Origin: Candidatus Eiseniibacteriota bacterium
GTDB taxonomy: Bacteria; Orphanbacterota; Orphanbacteria; Orphanbacterales; Orphanbacteraceae
Length of the DNA stretch: 33,408 nt
Direction: 5' to 3'
NCBI GenBank assembly: GCA_043818685.1
Contig: JBDRFQ010000213.1
Location: forward strand, 1 to 33,408
Below the pieces are notes generated by a model that saw only the letters and a list, made by a program, of their open reading frames with translations, searched no databases and was not told where the DNA came from. The position numbers and the translations under genes are program-made. This document shows positions 18,871-26,905 of this stretch, piece by piece. Within the stretch, counting starts at the first letter, position 1. Each line of letters opens with the position of its first letter.

Positions 18871-18940
18871 CGAATCGGGGCGAGGACGATCCGTTCGGGA
18901 CACGGCACCAGGGTCCCCCGCCCGCGGAGCGTCGGCGCCC

Positions 18941-18967
18941 CCGCGGATCACCAGGCGAGATCCGCGG
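18941..18967 (-). terminator. 9-bp hairpin (CCGCGGATC / GATCCGCGG, 9-nt loop) after the TPR-lipoprotein gene
   Basis: It was read directly from the sequence. It overlaps the 3' end of repeat copy B. There is no U-tract, so terminator function is uncertain. Confidence 0.3.
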
Positions 18968-19000
18968 CAGCGGCAGGGAACGAGCGCACAATCCAGGCTA
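18956..19000 (-). repeat. Copy B of the 45-nt stop-codon-abutting intergenic element
   Basis: The minus strand reads TAGCCTGGATTGTGCGCTCGTTCCCTGCCGCTGCCGCGGATCTCG. The leading TAG is the stop codon of the TPR-like lipoprotein gene. Confidence 0.8.
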
Positions 19001-19615
19001 GTAGATCACGAGATCCGCCGTCAGGTCCTCGATCGCGGCGATCAGCTCCGAGACGAAGGTCGCCGAGTGCGGGTTGATCCGGATCGAGGAGTCGACGACC
19101 ATGATCTGTCCGAGCGCCTCCTCGTATTCGCCGAGCGCGAGGTACGACTGGGCCATCGCCAGCCGGACATCGCGGACATCGATCGTCGGATCCGCCTCGA
19201 GCTCGAAGAGCGGGTCGATTTCGAGAACGGCGCCCCCGGCGAAGACCGCCTGCCGGTACTCGTCGATCCGGTTCAGGATGAGGCACCGCCCCGCCTGGGC
19301 GCCCGCCTCGGTGAACCCCTTCGCGACGGCCGCCTGGAACTCCGCCAGGGCGATGTCGAGCGAGTCGAGCCGGAGATAGCACCAGCCGAGGCCGTTGTGA
19401 CCGTCGCCGAGGCTCCCATCGCTCCGAACCGCATCTTCGAACTTCTCGATCGCACCGGCGTAGTCGGCGTCCGCGAACCGATCCCACCCCGCGGCGAGAA
19501 GCGAAACCACCGGCGGCTCGGTCACGCCTCCCTCGTCTCCACACCCGGAGACGAGGAGAACGACGACGATTCCGGCGAGCGAACACGCCCCCCAGCTGAA
19601 CAATCGTTGCGACAT
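18998..19615 (-). CDS. TPR-like lipoprotein, 205 aa
   Basis: ATG 19613-19615 follows GGGGAGGAAAGGG. The signal peptide has a good lipobox (IVVVLLVSGCG). The body is helical and TPR-like (YAGAIEKFEDAVRSD..., LDIALAEFQAAVAKG, LAMAQSYLALGEYEEALGQI). It lies 34 nt downstream of the giant gene and is probably co-transcribed with it. Confidence 0.8.
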   Translation of the reverse strand: MSQRLFSWGACSLAGIVVVLLVSGCGDEGGVTEPPVVSLLAAGWDRFADADYAGAIEKFEDAVRSDGSLGDGHNGLGWCYLRLDSLDIALAEFQAAVAKGFTEAGAQAGRCLILNRIDEYRQAVFAGGAVLEIDPLFELEADPTIDVRDVRLAMAQSYLALGEYEEALGQIMVVDSSIRINPHSATFVSELIAAIEDLTADLVIY

Positions 19616-19649
19616 GGTTCCCTTTCCTCCCCGGTCGGCCAACACCGGG

Positions 19650-22600
19650 CTAGCGAACCAGAGTCATCTTCCGAGTGGCCGAATGCTCGCCGGCCACGAC
19701 ACGGTAGAAGTAAACGCCGGAGCCGGCGCGCCGTCCCGCGTTGTCGGCCCCGTCCCATGAGTACTCGTAGCGCCCCGGCGGCAGCGTCTTGCTCACCAGG
19801 GTCCGGACTTCCCGCCCCCTCACGTCGAAGATCCGCAGACTCACGTCTTCGCGAGTCGGAAGGTCGAAGGCGATGCGGGTGGCCGGGTTGAACGGGTTCG
19901 GCTTGTTGCCGTGAAGCGCGAACGCCCGAGGCGGGACCTCCTCGCTCTTCACGCCCGAGGAGTAGAACACGGCGTAGGTTCCGCTCTCCTGAATTCCGGC
20001 GACCATCTCGTTGCGGTCCGGATCGATCCGCGACTCGATGTGCGCCCAGCCCTCCGGCCCCCACCGATAGAGGGCGACCCCGGACTTCGCCTTCGCCTCG
20101 AGATCGAGGCCATCGAGTCCCATCGAAACGGCGAGAGGGGCGACCGGGCGGATCTGCGAAACGAGCAGGCGGTACGGGCCGGCGAGCGGCGGTTCCGTGC
20201 TCGCGAACGACTCGGCGTCCAGACCCTCCGTGATCACGACCCCGCTCGCCGCGAACGACCCGGCCGGGGCGTCGAGCCTCAGCCTCCGGTCGACGCTCCA
20301 CATCTTCCCCGGCGTCCCGCGCACGAACTGTCCCGAAGAGAAGTTCCGCCGGACTGTCCCGACCCGGCCGCACAGATCGACCGCGCGGGCTTGGACGATC
20401 AACGTGTCGGCGGTCCGAAGCTCGATGTTCCCGCTCCGGTAGATGGAGAGCCCCGGATCGCCCAGCCCCAGATCGACCTCCGTCGAGTCGAAGCGATACA
20501 CGGTCACCTCGATGATGTTGTCGCCCACGATGATCGACTCGATCTTCGCGTCCGCGTACATCAAGAGGAGCTGCACGGAGTCCCTGGCGATCGCCTCGCT
20601 CGGCACGACGAAGAGGTTCGCCACGTTGGGAATCGTCGAATGCATGACGAACCCAACGCTGAGAACCGGCCTCACGGTGTCCGCGCAAGTCGGATCCAGA
20701 AGCGACGCCACCCCGATGTGTGCGTCGAGCGATGAAAGCGTGTCGCTCCCAGCGTAGAGGAGAGGCGAACACTCCTGATAGCGGAAGAAGTCCGGACTGG
20801 TCCTCTGCAGCGTGGTCACGTCGACCCGCGTCCTGGTGTTGCAGAACTGCGGGTTCTCATGAATGTCCCCGTCCCCCGGATCGAGATTGAGATAGTTGCC
20901 GGCCGTGTTCGCCCACACGTCGTTGTGAGAGAGGATCGGCTTCCCGATCCCCTCGAAAACGGGGGCAAGCGCGATCCCGTGGCCGCCGTTCGACACGACG
21001 GCGTTGTTCCGGATCACCAGATCCCCCTGCGACTCCGACACGGAGACCGCGCCCGCGGAGTTCTGGAAGAAGACGTTGTTGTCGATGGATCCCCCGCCCC
21101 GCGTCCCCTCGACACGGATGCCGCCGTATAACTTCGCGCCGTTCGCCGAGAAGATGTTGCCGCGAACCACCGGATCGAAGGTCTCGAAAAGATACAATCC
21201 TCCGCCGATCCCCGCGGCGTTTCGATAGAAGTAGTTGTCGTAGATCCGCGGCGAGTTCGCCCTCTCCACCGCGATCGCCCCGCCCCAGTTCTTCGAACGG
21301 TTTTCCTCGAACACGTTGTTCCGGATCATCGGCGCCGCTCCGTTCACGCACCGGATCGCGCCGCCGTTCCTGAGAACGGCGGTCCCGTTCATGAACGTGA
21401 ATCCGGAGATCAGCGCGGTCGAATCGATGACGAGCGATGGATCCGTGGCGGCGGCCGAGTCCTGCCTGACCGTCAGGATCGGGCCCACCGCGGAGGGGAG
21501 GAGCACGGACCAGAGGTTGGCCGAGTCCGGGAACGGCTCCTCCAGGACGAACCCCGGATCGAACCCGCCCCGCAGGACGATCGGCTTGGTCAGGACGTAG
21601 TTCCCCTCGTAGCGGGCGCCGGTGGGGAGCGCGCTCCCCGCAACATCGACGGTGTCGCCCGGATTCACGCGGCCGAGGACGCTCGCCAACATTCTCGCCG
21701 AATTGGCCGCGCAGACATACGGGAAGACCGGTGTCCGAATGCGGTTCGGATCGGAAAACACCAGGAAGCGGTGGCCGGGGCGCGTGCACCCCACCCCCTC
21801 CGAACCCCAAACGGTCAGCGCGCAGAGATCGCGAATCGCGCTCTCTCCCGCGTTGATCTTGTCGGCGTCATACAGGATTCCGAAAAGATCCGCACCCGAA
21901 TCGCAGAAGTCGGGCCGAGCGATGAGATGGGTCCCGGGGGTGAGATGAGCGGGGAGGCTGTCCCCTCCAACGTTGCCGTAAAAGAGGTTGTTGCGGACGG
22001 TCGGGTTGGTCTGTCCCTCGTGGAAGAGGCCGCCGCCGCCGCTGGAGTACGCGACGATGCTGTTCTGGAACCTCGGGTTGGCGTCCTCGAGGTGAACCAC
22101 GACCGCCGTATCGACCGAGGCATGGTTGAAGACGTACGTATTCGACCTCAACAACATGAGGTTCGAGTTGAACCCCTCCCGGCCCCTCACGTAGATGCCC
22201 GCGCCGGCTTCCGCCGTGTCCCGCACCATCAGGTTCAGCTCGATCGTCGGCAGCGCGCCCTCATCAACGAAGATCCCTCCCCCGAGGATCGCCATGCAGT
22301 CGCGGATCTTGTTGTCGCGGATGGTGGGCCTCCCGTCCTTCCCGACCCGAATGCCGCCCCCCTCCTCCCCACCTCCCCCCGAGATGGTGAAGCCCTCGAT
22401 CGTGGTCTGCACGAGTCCGACCCCGACCACGCCCGAATCGATCCCGACGGTCGTTCCGGACCCGTCTCCGCGGATCTCGGTTGTGTTGCCGTCGACGTCG
22501 CGCGTGGCGAAATCGGCGGAGTACCCCCCGAGAAGGCGCACGTTCGTCGGCATGCGAATCGCGCCGTCGTAGACGCCGCCCGCGACCCTCACCTCATCGA

Positions 22601-25600
22601 TCGAGTCCGCCGGGTTGGAAAGACCGGCGAGCAGCGCCACGTCCAGCGCGTCCTGAACTCGATGCGCCGCGGCCTCGCGAGTCGCATACGGATAGGAATT
22701 CGATCCGTCGGCGCTCACGTAGTGGACCGGGGTGCTGCAGCCGACCCCCCGCGCCCCGATTCTCCCTCCGTTTCGGCCCGCGAAGACCACGGGGGAGTGA
22801 TCGAAGAGAGTGAAGACGCGACGGCCGCGATCGCAATAGAGCGGGTTCAAAGAGACGTTGCTCAACCCCGTCGTGTCGACGATCCGGAGAAAGTCCTCGT
22901 CGTAGTCGACGTTGTGGCGGAACACGTTGTTGTGGTCGAAGACCGTTCCTGCGATCGCCGCAGAGTCCCCGACGGCGTACAGCCCGTTGCTGTTCCAGGT
23001 GATCAAGTTGTTGTAGATGACCGGGGCGCAGTCCTCGATGAAGATCGCCCACGCGCCGCCGCGGTTGTCGGTGATCGTGTTGCCCGCGATCAGTCCGCCC
23101 GCGCCGGCAAGATGGATGATCCCGCCCTCGTCGTCCGCCGAGTTGATCTGGATCATGTTCCCAACGAGGGACGGGCGGGACTCGTCCAGCGAGAGAAGGA
23201 TGCCGCCCGTCCTGTCTCCCCGGCTCTCCTGGAAGACGTTGTTCGAGAAGAGGGGCGATGCGTCTCCGCGGAGGAGAACCACCGCGCCGGAGTCCGCCCT
23301 TCCGCCGGCGAAGGTGAAGCCGTCGATCAGCGTGGTGCTGTCGACGCCGGCGTCCGCGCGCATGATTCGGGCGGCGGAGTTGGCCGTGACGCGTGACGCG
23401 CCCCTCCCGCGCTCCGCCTCGTTGTAGTTGTTCACGTTGTAGCCGCCCTTGTAGACGACCCCGCCGACCAGATCGAACCTGTCGTTGACCGTGCCGACCG
23501 ACACCTTCACCGTGTCTCCCGCCGACAGGTAGGGGGTGACCCGGGAGATCGTCCTCGAGGCGTTCTGACGAGAGCGGAAGGGGAATCCCGGGGTCGGCGC
23601 GAGAGGATTGACGAGAAACACCTCGTTCTCGCAGACGCACTCTTCGGAGATGGGAAGCGCCCCGATGACCGTGTCGCCCGTCGCGCCCTTGATCGCCGGC
23701 GAGCACGTGCTCAGCGCCCATTCCCCCGAGGCCGGGTCGCAGAAGATCGGATCGGCCTGGCGGTTTCCAGCGGGAAGCGGAGCGCCGGCAAGAACCGCGA
23801 TGTTAGCCGACGCGCCTTCCGCATCGAGGTTCGCGTAGACGTAATTCGTGTCCAGGTCGCGGTCGTTTTCGTTCACCACGAGACCCGCCCGAGCTCCCGA
23901 ATTGTAGGCCACGATGTTCCTGCGGAACCTCATCCGGTCCGTGCTGCCGTACCCCGCGTTCTCCATGTATACACCAGAGGCCGCGGTCGAGGCGGCCGTT
24001 GCCCCGTCCACGCGATTCCCCACGATCGTGTTGTTCACGAGGAACCCCACCGCCTGGATCGTCGCGCTCGTCCCCTTGACGACGACACCGGCGGCCGGGT
24101 GTTCCGGGTGCGCCGCGAAATCGACGCGGTTGTCGCGGATCAAGCAGTTTCGGATCGCGGGACGAGAGCCCTCGCCGACGACCAAGCCGGGGCCGTCCAC
24201 GCCTTCCGAATGCTTTAACACGAAACCGTTCAAACCTCCGGCCGTGGAGAACTGCGGATACCGGCCCCCGGTCCTCACCGTGGGCTCGCCTGCGGCGACC
24301 CCGGAGAGGATGGACGGATAGAGGAAAGGATCTCTTGTGGAGAACGATTCCCCCTCCCAACCGCCCTCGAGGTACTCGCCGCCGGTCAAGACCAGGTTCG
24401 TTTCGTAGAGCCCCTCTGCGAAGCGAACCGTGTCCCCGCGCTCGGCGAGGTCCAGCACCGCCTGGATGTCGGAGGTGGCGTGCTCGGGAGTCTCATAGGG
24501 GAAGACGCCGGCCCCGGAATCCGGGTGAACGTAGTGAGCGAAGTAGTAGCACCCAACGGAGAGCGCCCCGAACGGACGGAGGCCGGGGGCGGCCTCGCCG
24601 AGCCCGCCTTCCTGGTAGACCCTGAAATCGCCGTTCTCGGGGTCGCAGAAGAACGGGTACTTGTGCGTCGTGTCGCTCACGGCCGCCGCGCAGCCCGGGG
24701 CGAACTCGAGATCGTTCAGGTAGAAGTTGGAGCTCTCAACGGAGATGGACCCGTTTCCCTCGCAATCGAAGACAGGAAGTCCCTCGTTGTGCGCGAACAT
24801 CCCGTACCGAACGCTGATCTCGCCGCCGTCGCCGGCGCGAATAAGGGACCCGAAGACCTCGGGGGTCTTGTTCTCGAGAACCGAGAGATGCCGGATCTCG
24901 ACCCGCCCCGAGTCGACATCGAGAAGCGCGCCGTCGCCGCTGACCGCGCCGGTCAGCACGAGGAACGAGACCCGGGTCGTATCGGAGCCGCCCGAGGAGA
25001 AGCGAAGAGCCGGGCTGTCCGTGTCTTCCGGGGCGAACACGGTTCCGTATGCGACCTGGGCCGTCTTCCCCCAGGGCGAGGAAATGAAGAGGTTGTCCCA
25101 CCCGCCCTCGAGCACGATGCCGGGGACCATCTCGATGTTCTGGCGGTACGTCCCGGTCGACAAGCGAATCGTGTCCCCCCGAGAGGCGATGGCGAGGACG
25201 GAGTCGAGAGAGCGCGCGGCGCGGGCCGGCCTGTCGTAAGGGAATACCTCGTTGCCGCTCGCGGAAACGTACTTCGTCCCGGCTCGGCACCCGATTCCCC
25301 ACGCTCCCGGTATCGAGCCGTCGGAAGCAAGACCCTGAATGGGGCTCTCCTGATAGATCCGGTAGTCCGCGTTCAGGATGTCGCAGAAGACCGGGTTCCT
25401 CCCGAAGTAGTTCACGCCGCCCGCGGCACATCCGTTGATATCGCTCCCCACGTTCTCGAAGAAGATGTTGTGCGAGACGACCGGCGCCCCGGCGCTGTCG
25501 CTGCAGGCGATGCCGAAACCCACTGCCGTGGAGTAGATGATGTTGTCGCGAATGATCGGGCTTCCGCCGGCGATGTGGATCGAGCCGCCCCAGGGGGCGG

Positions 25601-26297
25601 ACAGCGTGAGAGCGATCGTGTTGTGCTCGACGCGCGGCGAACCGTTGCCGAGGAAGATCGCGCCACCCCGGCCGGTGGCCCGGCTGTCGACGATGAGGTT
25701 GTATCGGATGGACGGAGATCCGGATCGTAGGAAGAGGGCGCTCCCCTCCCCCGTGGTGTTGTTCGAGCCTCGGACAACGAACCCGGAGAAGACCGTGGCC
25801 GAATCCGGCCCGATGAGTACCCACGAGCTGTCGATCACGGGCGATCCCCCGACATCGGTCGTGTCGTACACCTTCGTGGAATCAACCCTGAACGCGACCG
25901 CCACGCCGGCCTCGAGCGGGGCGATCGTCGTCCAGAGGCTGTCGACGGCGAAGACCCTCTGATTCACCGAAGGAGACCCCGCCGCGGCGGCCCTGTAGTC
26001 CCAGCCGCCCAGAAGCACCACGCCGCGAGGAATCCGGATCCTCTCGACATAGGACCATCCGGACTCGATCACCCGCTCCGCCGGGATGCCGGCCACGAGC
26101 ACCGTGTCTCCGGCCTGTGCGACTCCGAGCGCATCTTGGATCAGGTTGGCCGGCCTCAGGAGGTCCGTGTATGGGGCGGCGGGATTCGTGCCGAAGTATG
26201 AAGCGAGGGCCACATACCGCACCGCGCTCTCGGAGGAGAGGGGAACAAGCAGCATGAGGCCCGCCAAGAAGAAACCGAATCGGTTTCGGCCGTTCAT
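19650..26297 (-). CDS. Giant secreted protein (2215 aa): six tandem right-handed beta-helix units, a beta-sandwich region and a T9SS C-terminal sorting domain
   Basis: ATG 26295-26297 has an AGGAG 11 nt upstream. The signal peptide is MNGRNRFGFFLAGLMLLVPLSSESA. Each of the six units has a cap (e.g. YVSASGNEVFPYDRPARAARSLDSVLAIASRGDTIRLSTGTYRQNI..LEGGW), PbH1-like coils (..IRDNIIY.., ..IRNCLIRDNRV.., ..IRDNKIRD.., ..MIRNNVFEEN..) and a closing P.FCD...(Y/F)R...SP...GC motif. The C-terminus NKPNPFNPATRIAFDLPTREDVSLRIFDVRGREV...WDGADNAGRRAGSGVYFYRVVAGEHSATRKMTLVR is a T9SS type-A-like CTD. Confidence 0.9.
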   Translation of the reverse strand: MNGRNRFGFFLAGLMLLVPLSSESAVRYVALASYFGTNPAAPYTDLLRPANLIQDALGVAQAGDTVLVAGIPAERVIESGWSYVERIRIPRGVVLLGGWDYRAAAAGSPSVNQRVFAVDSLWTTIAPLEAGVAVAFRVDSTKVYDTTDVGGSPVIDSSWVLIGPDSATVFSGFVVRGSNNTTGEGSALFLRSGSPSIRYNLIVDSRATGRGGAIFLGNGSPRVEHNTIALTLSAPWGGSIHIAGGSPIIRDNIIYSTAVGFGIACSDSAGAPVVSHNIFFENVGSDINGCAAGGVNYFGRNPVFCDILNADYRIYQESPIQGLASDGSIPGAWGIGCRAGTKYVSASGNEVFPYDRPARAARSLDSVLAIASRGDTIRLSTGTYRQNIEMVPGIVLEGGWDNLFISSPWGKTAQVAYGTVFAPEDTDSPALRFSSGGSDTTRVSFLVLTGAVSGDGALLDVDSGRVEIRHLSVLENKTPEVFGSLIRAGDGGEISVRYGMFAHNEGLPVFDCEGNGSISVESSNFYLNDLEFAPGCAAAVSDTTHKYPFFCDPENGDFRVYQEGGLGEAAPGLRPFGALSVGCYYFAHYVHPDSGAGVFPYETPEHATSDIQAVLDLAERGDTVRFAEGLYETNLVLTGGEYLEGGWEGESFSTRDPFLYPSILSGVAAGEPTVRTGGRYPQFSTAGGLNGFVLKHSEGVDGPGLVVGEGSRPAIRNCLIRDNRVDFAAHPEHPAAGVVVKGTSATIQAVGFLVNNTIVGNRVDGATAASTAASGVYMENAGYGSTDRMRFRRNIVAYNSGARAGLVVNENDRDLDTNYVYANLDAEGASANIAVLAGAPLPAGNRQADPIFCDPASGEWALSTCSPAIKGATGDTVIGALPISEECVCENEVFLVNPLAPTPGFPFRSRQNASRTISRVTPYLSAGDTVKVSVGTVNDRFDLVGGVVYKGGYNVNNYNEAERGRGASRVTANSAARIMRADAGVDSTTLIDGFTFAGGRADSGAVVLLRGDASPLFSNNVFQESRGDRTGGILLSLDESRPSLVGNMIQINSADDEGGIIHLAGAGGLIAGNTITDNRGGAWAIFIEDCAPVIYNNLITWNSNGLYAVGDSAAIAGTVFDHNNVFRHNVDYDEDFLRIVDTTGLSNVSLNPLYCDRGRRVFTLFDHSPVVFAGRNGGRIGARGVGCSTPVHYVSADGSNSYPYATREAAAHRVQDALDVALLAGLSNPADSIDEVRVAGGVYDGAIRMPTNVRLLGGYSADFATRDVDGNTTEIRGDGSGTTVGIDSGVVGVGLVQTTIEGFTISGGGGEEGGGIRVGKDGRPTIRDNKIRDCMAILGGGIFVDEGALPTIELNLMVRDTAEAGAGIYVRGREGFNSNLMLLRSNTYVFNHASVDTAVVVHLEDANPRFQNSIVAYSSGGGGLFHEGQTNPTVRNNLFYGNVGGDSLPAHLTPGTHLIARPDFCDSGADLFGILYDADKINAGESAIRDLCALTVWGSEGVGCTRPGHRFLVFSDPNRIRTPVFPYVCAANSARMLASVLGRVNPGDTVDVAGSALPTGARYEGNYVLTKPIVLRGGFDPGFVLEEPFPDSANLWSVLLPSAVGPILTVRQDSAAATDPSLVIDSTALISGFTFMNGTAVLRNGGAIRCVNGAAPMIRNNVFEENRSKNWGGAIAVERANSPRIYDNYFYRNAAGIGGGLYLFETFDPVVRGNIFSANGAKLYGGIRVEGTRGGGSIDNNVFFQNSAGAVSVSESQGDLVIRNNAVVSNGGHGIALAPVFEGIGKPILSHNDVWANTAGNYLNLDPGDGDIHENPQFCNTRTRVDVTTLQRTSPDFFRYQECSPLLYAGSDTLSSLDAHIGVASLLDPTCADTVRPVLSVGFVMHSTIPNVANLFVVPSEAIARDSVQLLLMYADAKIESIIVGDNIIEVTVYRFDSTEVDLGLGDPGLSIYRSGNIELRTADTLIVQARAVDLCGRVGTVRRNFSSGQFVRGTPGKMWSVDRRLRLDAPAGSFAASGVVITEGLDAESFASTEPPLAGPYRLLVSQIRPVAPLAVSMGLDGLDLEAKAKSGVALYRWGPEGWAHIESRIDPDRNEMVAGIQESGTYAVFYSSGVKSEEVPPRAFALHGNKPNPFNPATRIAFDLPTREDVSLRIFDVRGREVRTLVSKTLPPGRYEYSWDGADNAGRRAGSGVYFYRVVAGEHSATRKMTLVR

Positions 26298-26568
26298 CGG
26301 ACTGAAAGCTCCTTTCTCCCATCCGGAGGCGGGAATTCCTCCGCAAGAGACAGCCACGGAGTGAAATCCGCGAGGCCTCCCATCGCCTGGACCATGCACC
26401 CGGTCTCGCAGCCGAAGGCTGGAGCGGCCCCGGAGGCCGAACCGGACGGGCGGTTCCCGGAGACGCCTTCTCGCGGCGGCGCTCCCGGAAGCCCGGCGGA
26501 AGGAAGCCTCGTGGACCGCGACATGCGGTTGCCGAGAGCGAGCGCACGGCCCGGGTTGTCGCCGGCAA

Positions 26569-26597
26569 CTTTACCGAGCACTTGGGATATCGTCAAT
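26569..26597 (-). promoter_or_regulatory. Sigma70-type promoter upstream of the giant gene (TTGACG-N17-TAAAGT)
   Basis: The -35 is at 26592-26597 and the -10 at 26569-26574 (minus strand). This predicts a ~265-nt 5' leader. Confidence 0.5.
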
Positions 26598-26640
26598 CGA
26601 GCCTCCTCCGCACGCGCTCCGCGACGCTCCGGGTCGAGCC

Positions 26641-26668
26641 GCGGACGGGCGTCCGCGGACGCCGTCCG
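26641..26668. promoter_or_regulatory. Tandem palindromes built from CGGACG/CGTCCG half-sites (operator-like), ~45-75 bp upstream of the -35 of the giant-gene promoter
   Basis: The sequence GCGGACG-GG-CGTCCGCGGACG-C-CGTCCG carries four alternating half-sites. It includes a perfect 16-nt palindrome, GGCGTCCGCGGACGCC, at 26648-26663. Confidence 0.3.
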
Positions 26669-26905
26669 AACCGGTCGAGCGCGCCGGCCGGGAGCCTCGC
26701 GCTCCGCCCATGTCGGGAGAGGAGATCACCTGAATCGGCTTCGCCGAGATGCGGCCGGATCCCGCGCGTTCCGCGCCGGCGGCGGTCGGGAGGGACCTTT
26801 CGTTGCCTCCCGCGGCCGCAACACGTCGGCGCCGCGGTCCCACCGCCGCCGCGCCCCGGAACGCACAAGCCGGGATGCGGGTTGCCCGGCGCGTCTCTCG
26901 ACCCG

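Noticed and set aside
16220-19891. A 1223-aa plus-strand ORF, the longest after the giant gene
   Set aside because: It is antisense to the unambiguous ppdK and TPR-lipoprotein genes. The product is Arg/Pro/Gly/Leu-rich low-complexity sequence with no recognisable domain. It is a typical shadow ORF in 70% GC DNA.
19911-25824. Numerous 100-540-aa ORFs on both strands inside the giant gene (e.g. 21771..23396 +, 24480..25730 +, 22594..23721 -, 24736..25824 -)
   Set aside because: All overlap the 2215-aa reading frame, which has coherent repeat architecture, a signal peptide and a CTD. The alternatives are Arg/Gly/Pro-rich with no motifs.
26294-26596. An upstream ORF whose TGA overlaps the ATG of the giant gene (ATGA), as for the 476-aa gene
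   Set aside because: No SD precedes any of its candidate starts. At this GC content, open upstream frames that end in ATGA are expected whenever codon 2 starts with A.
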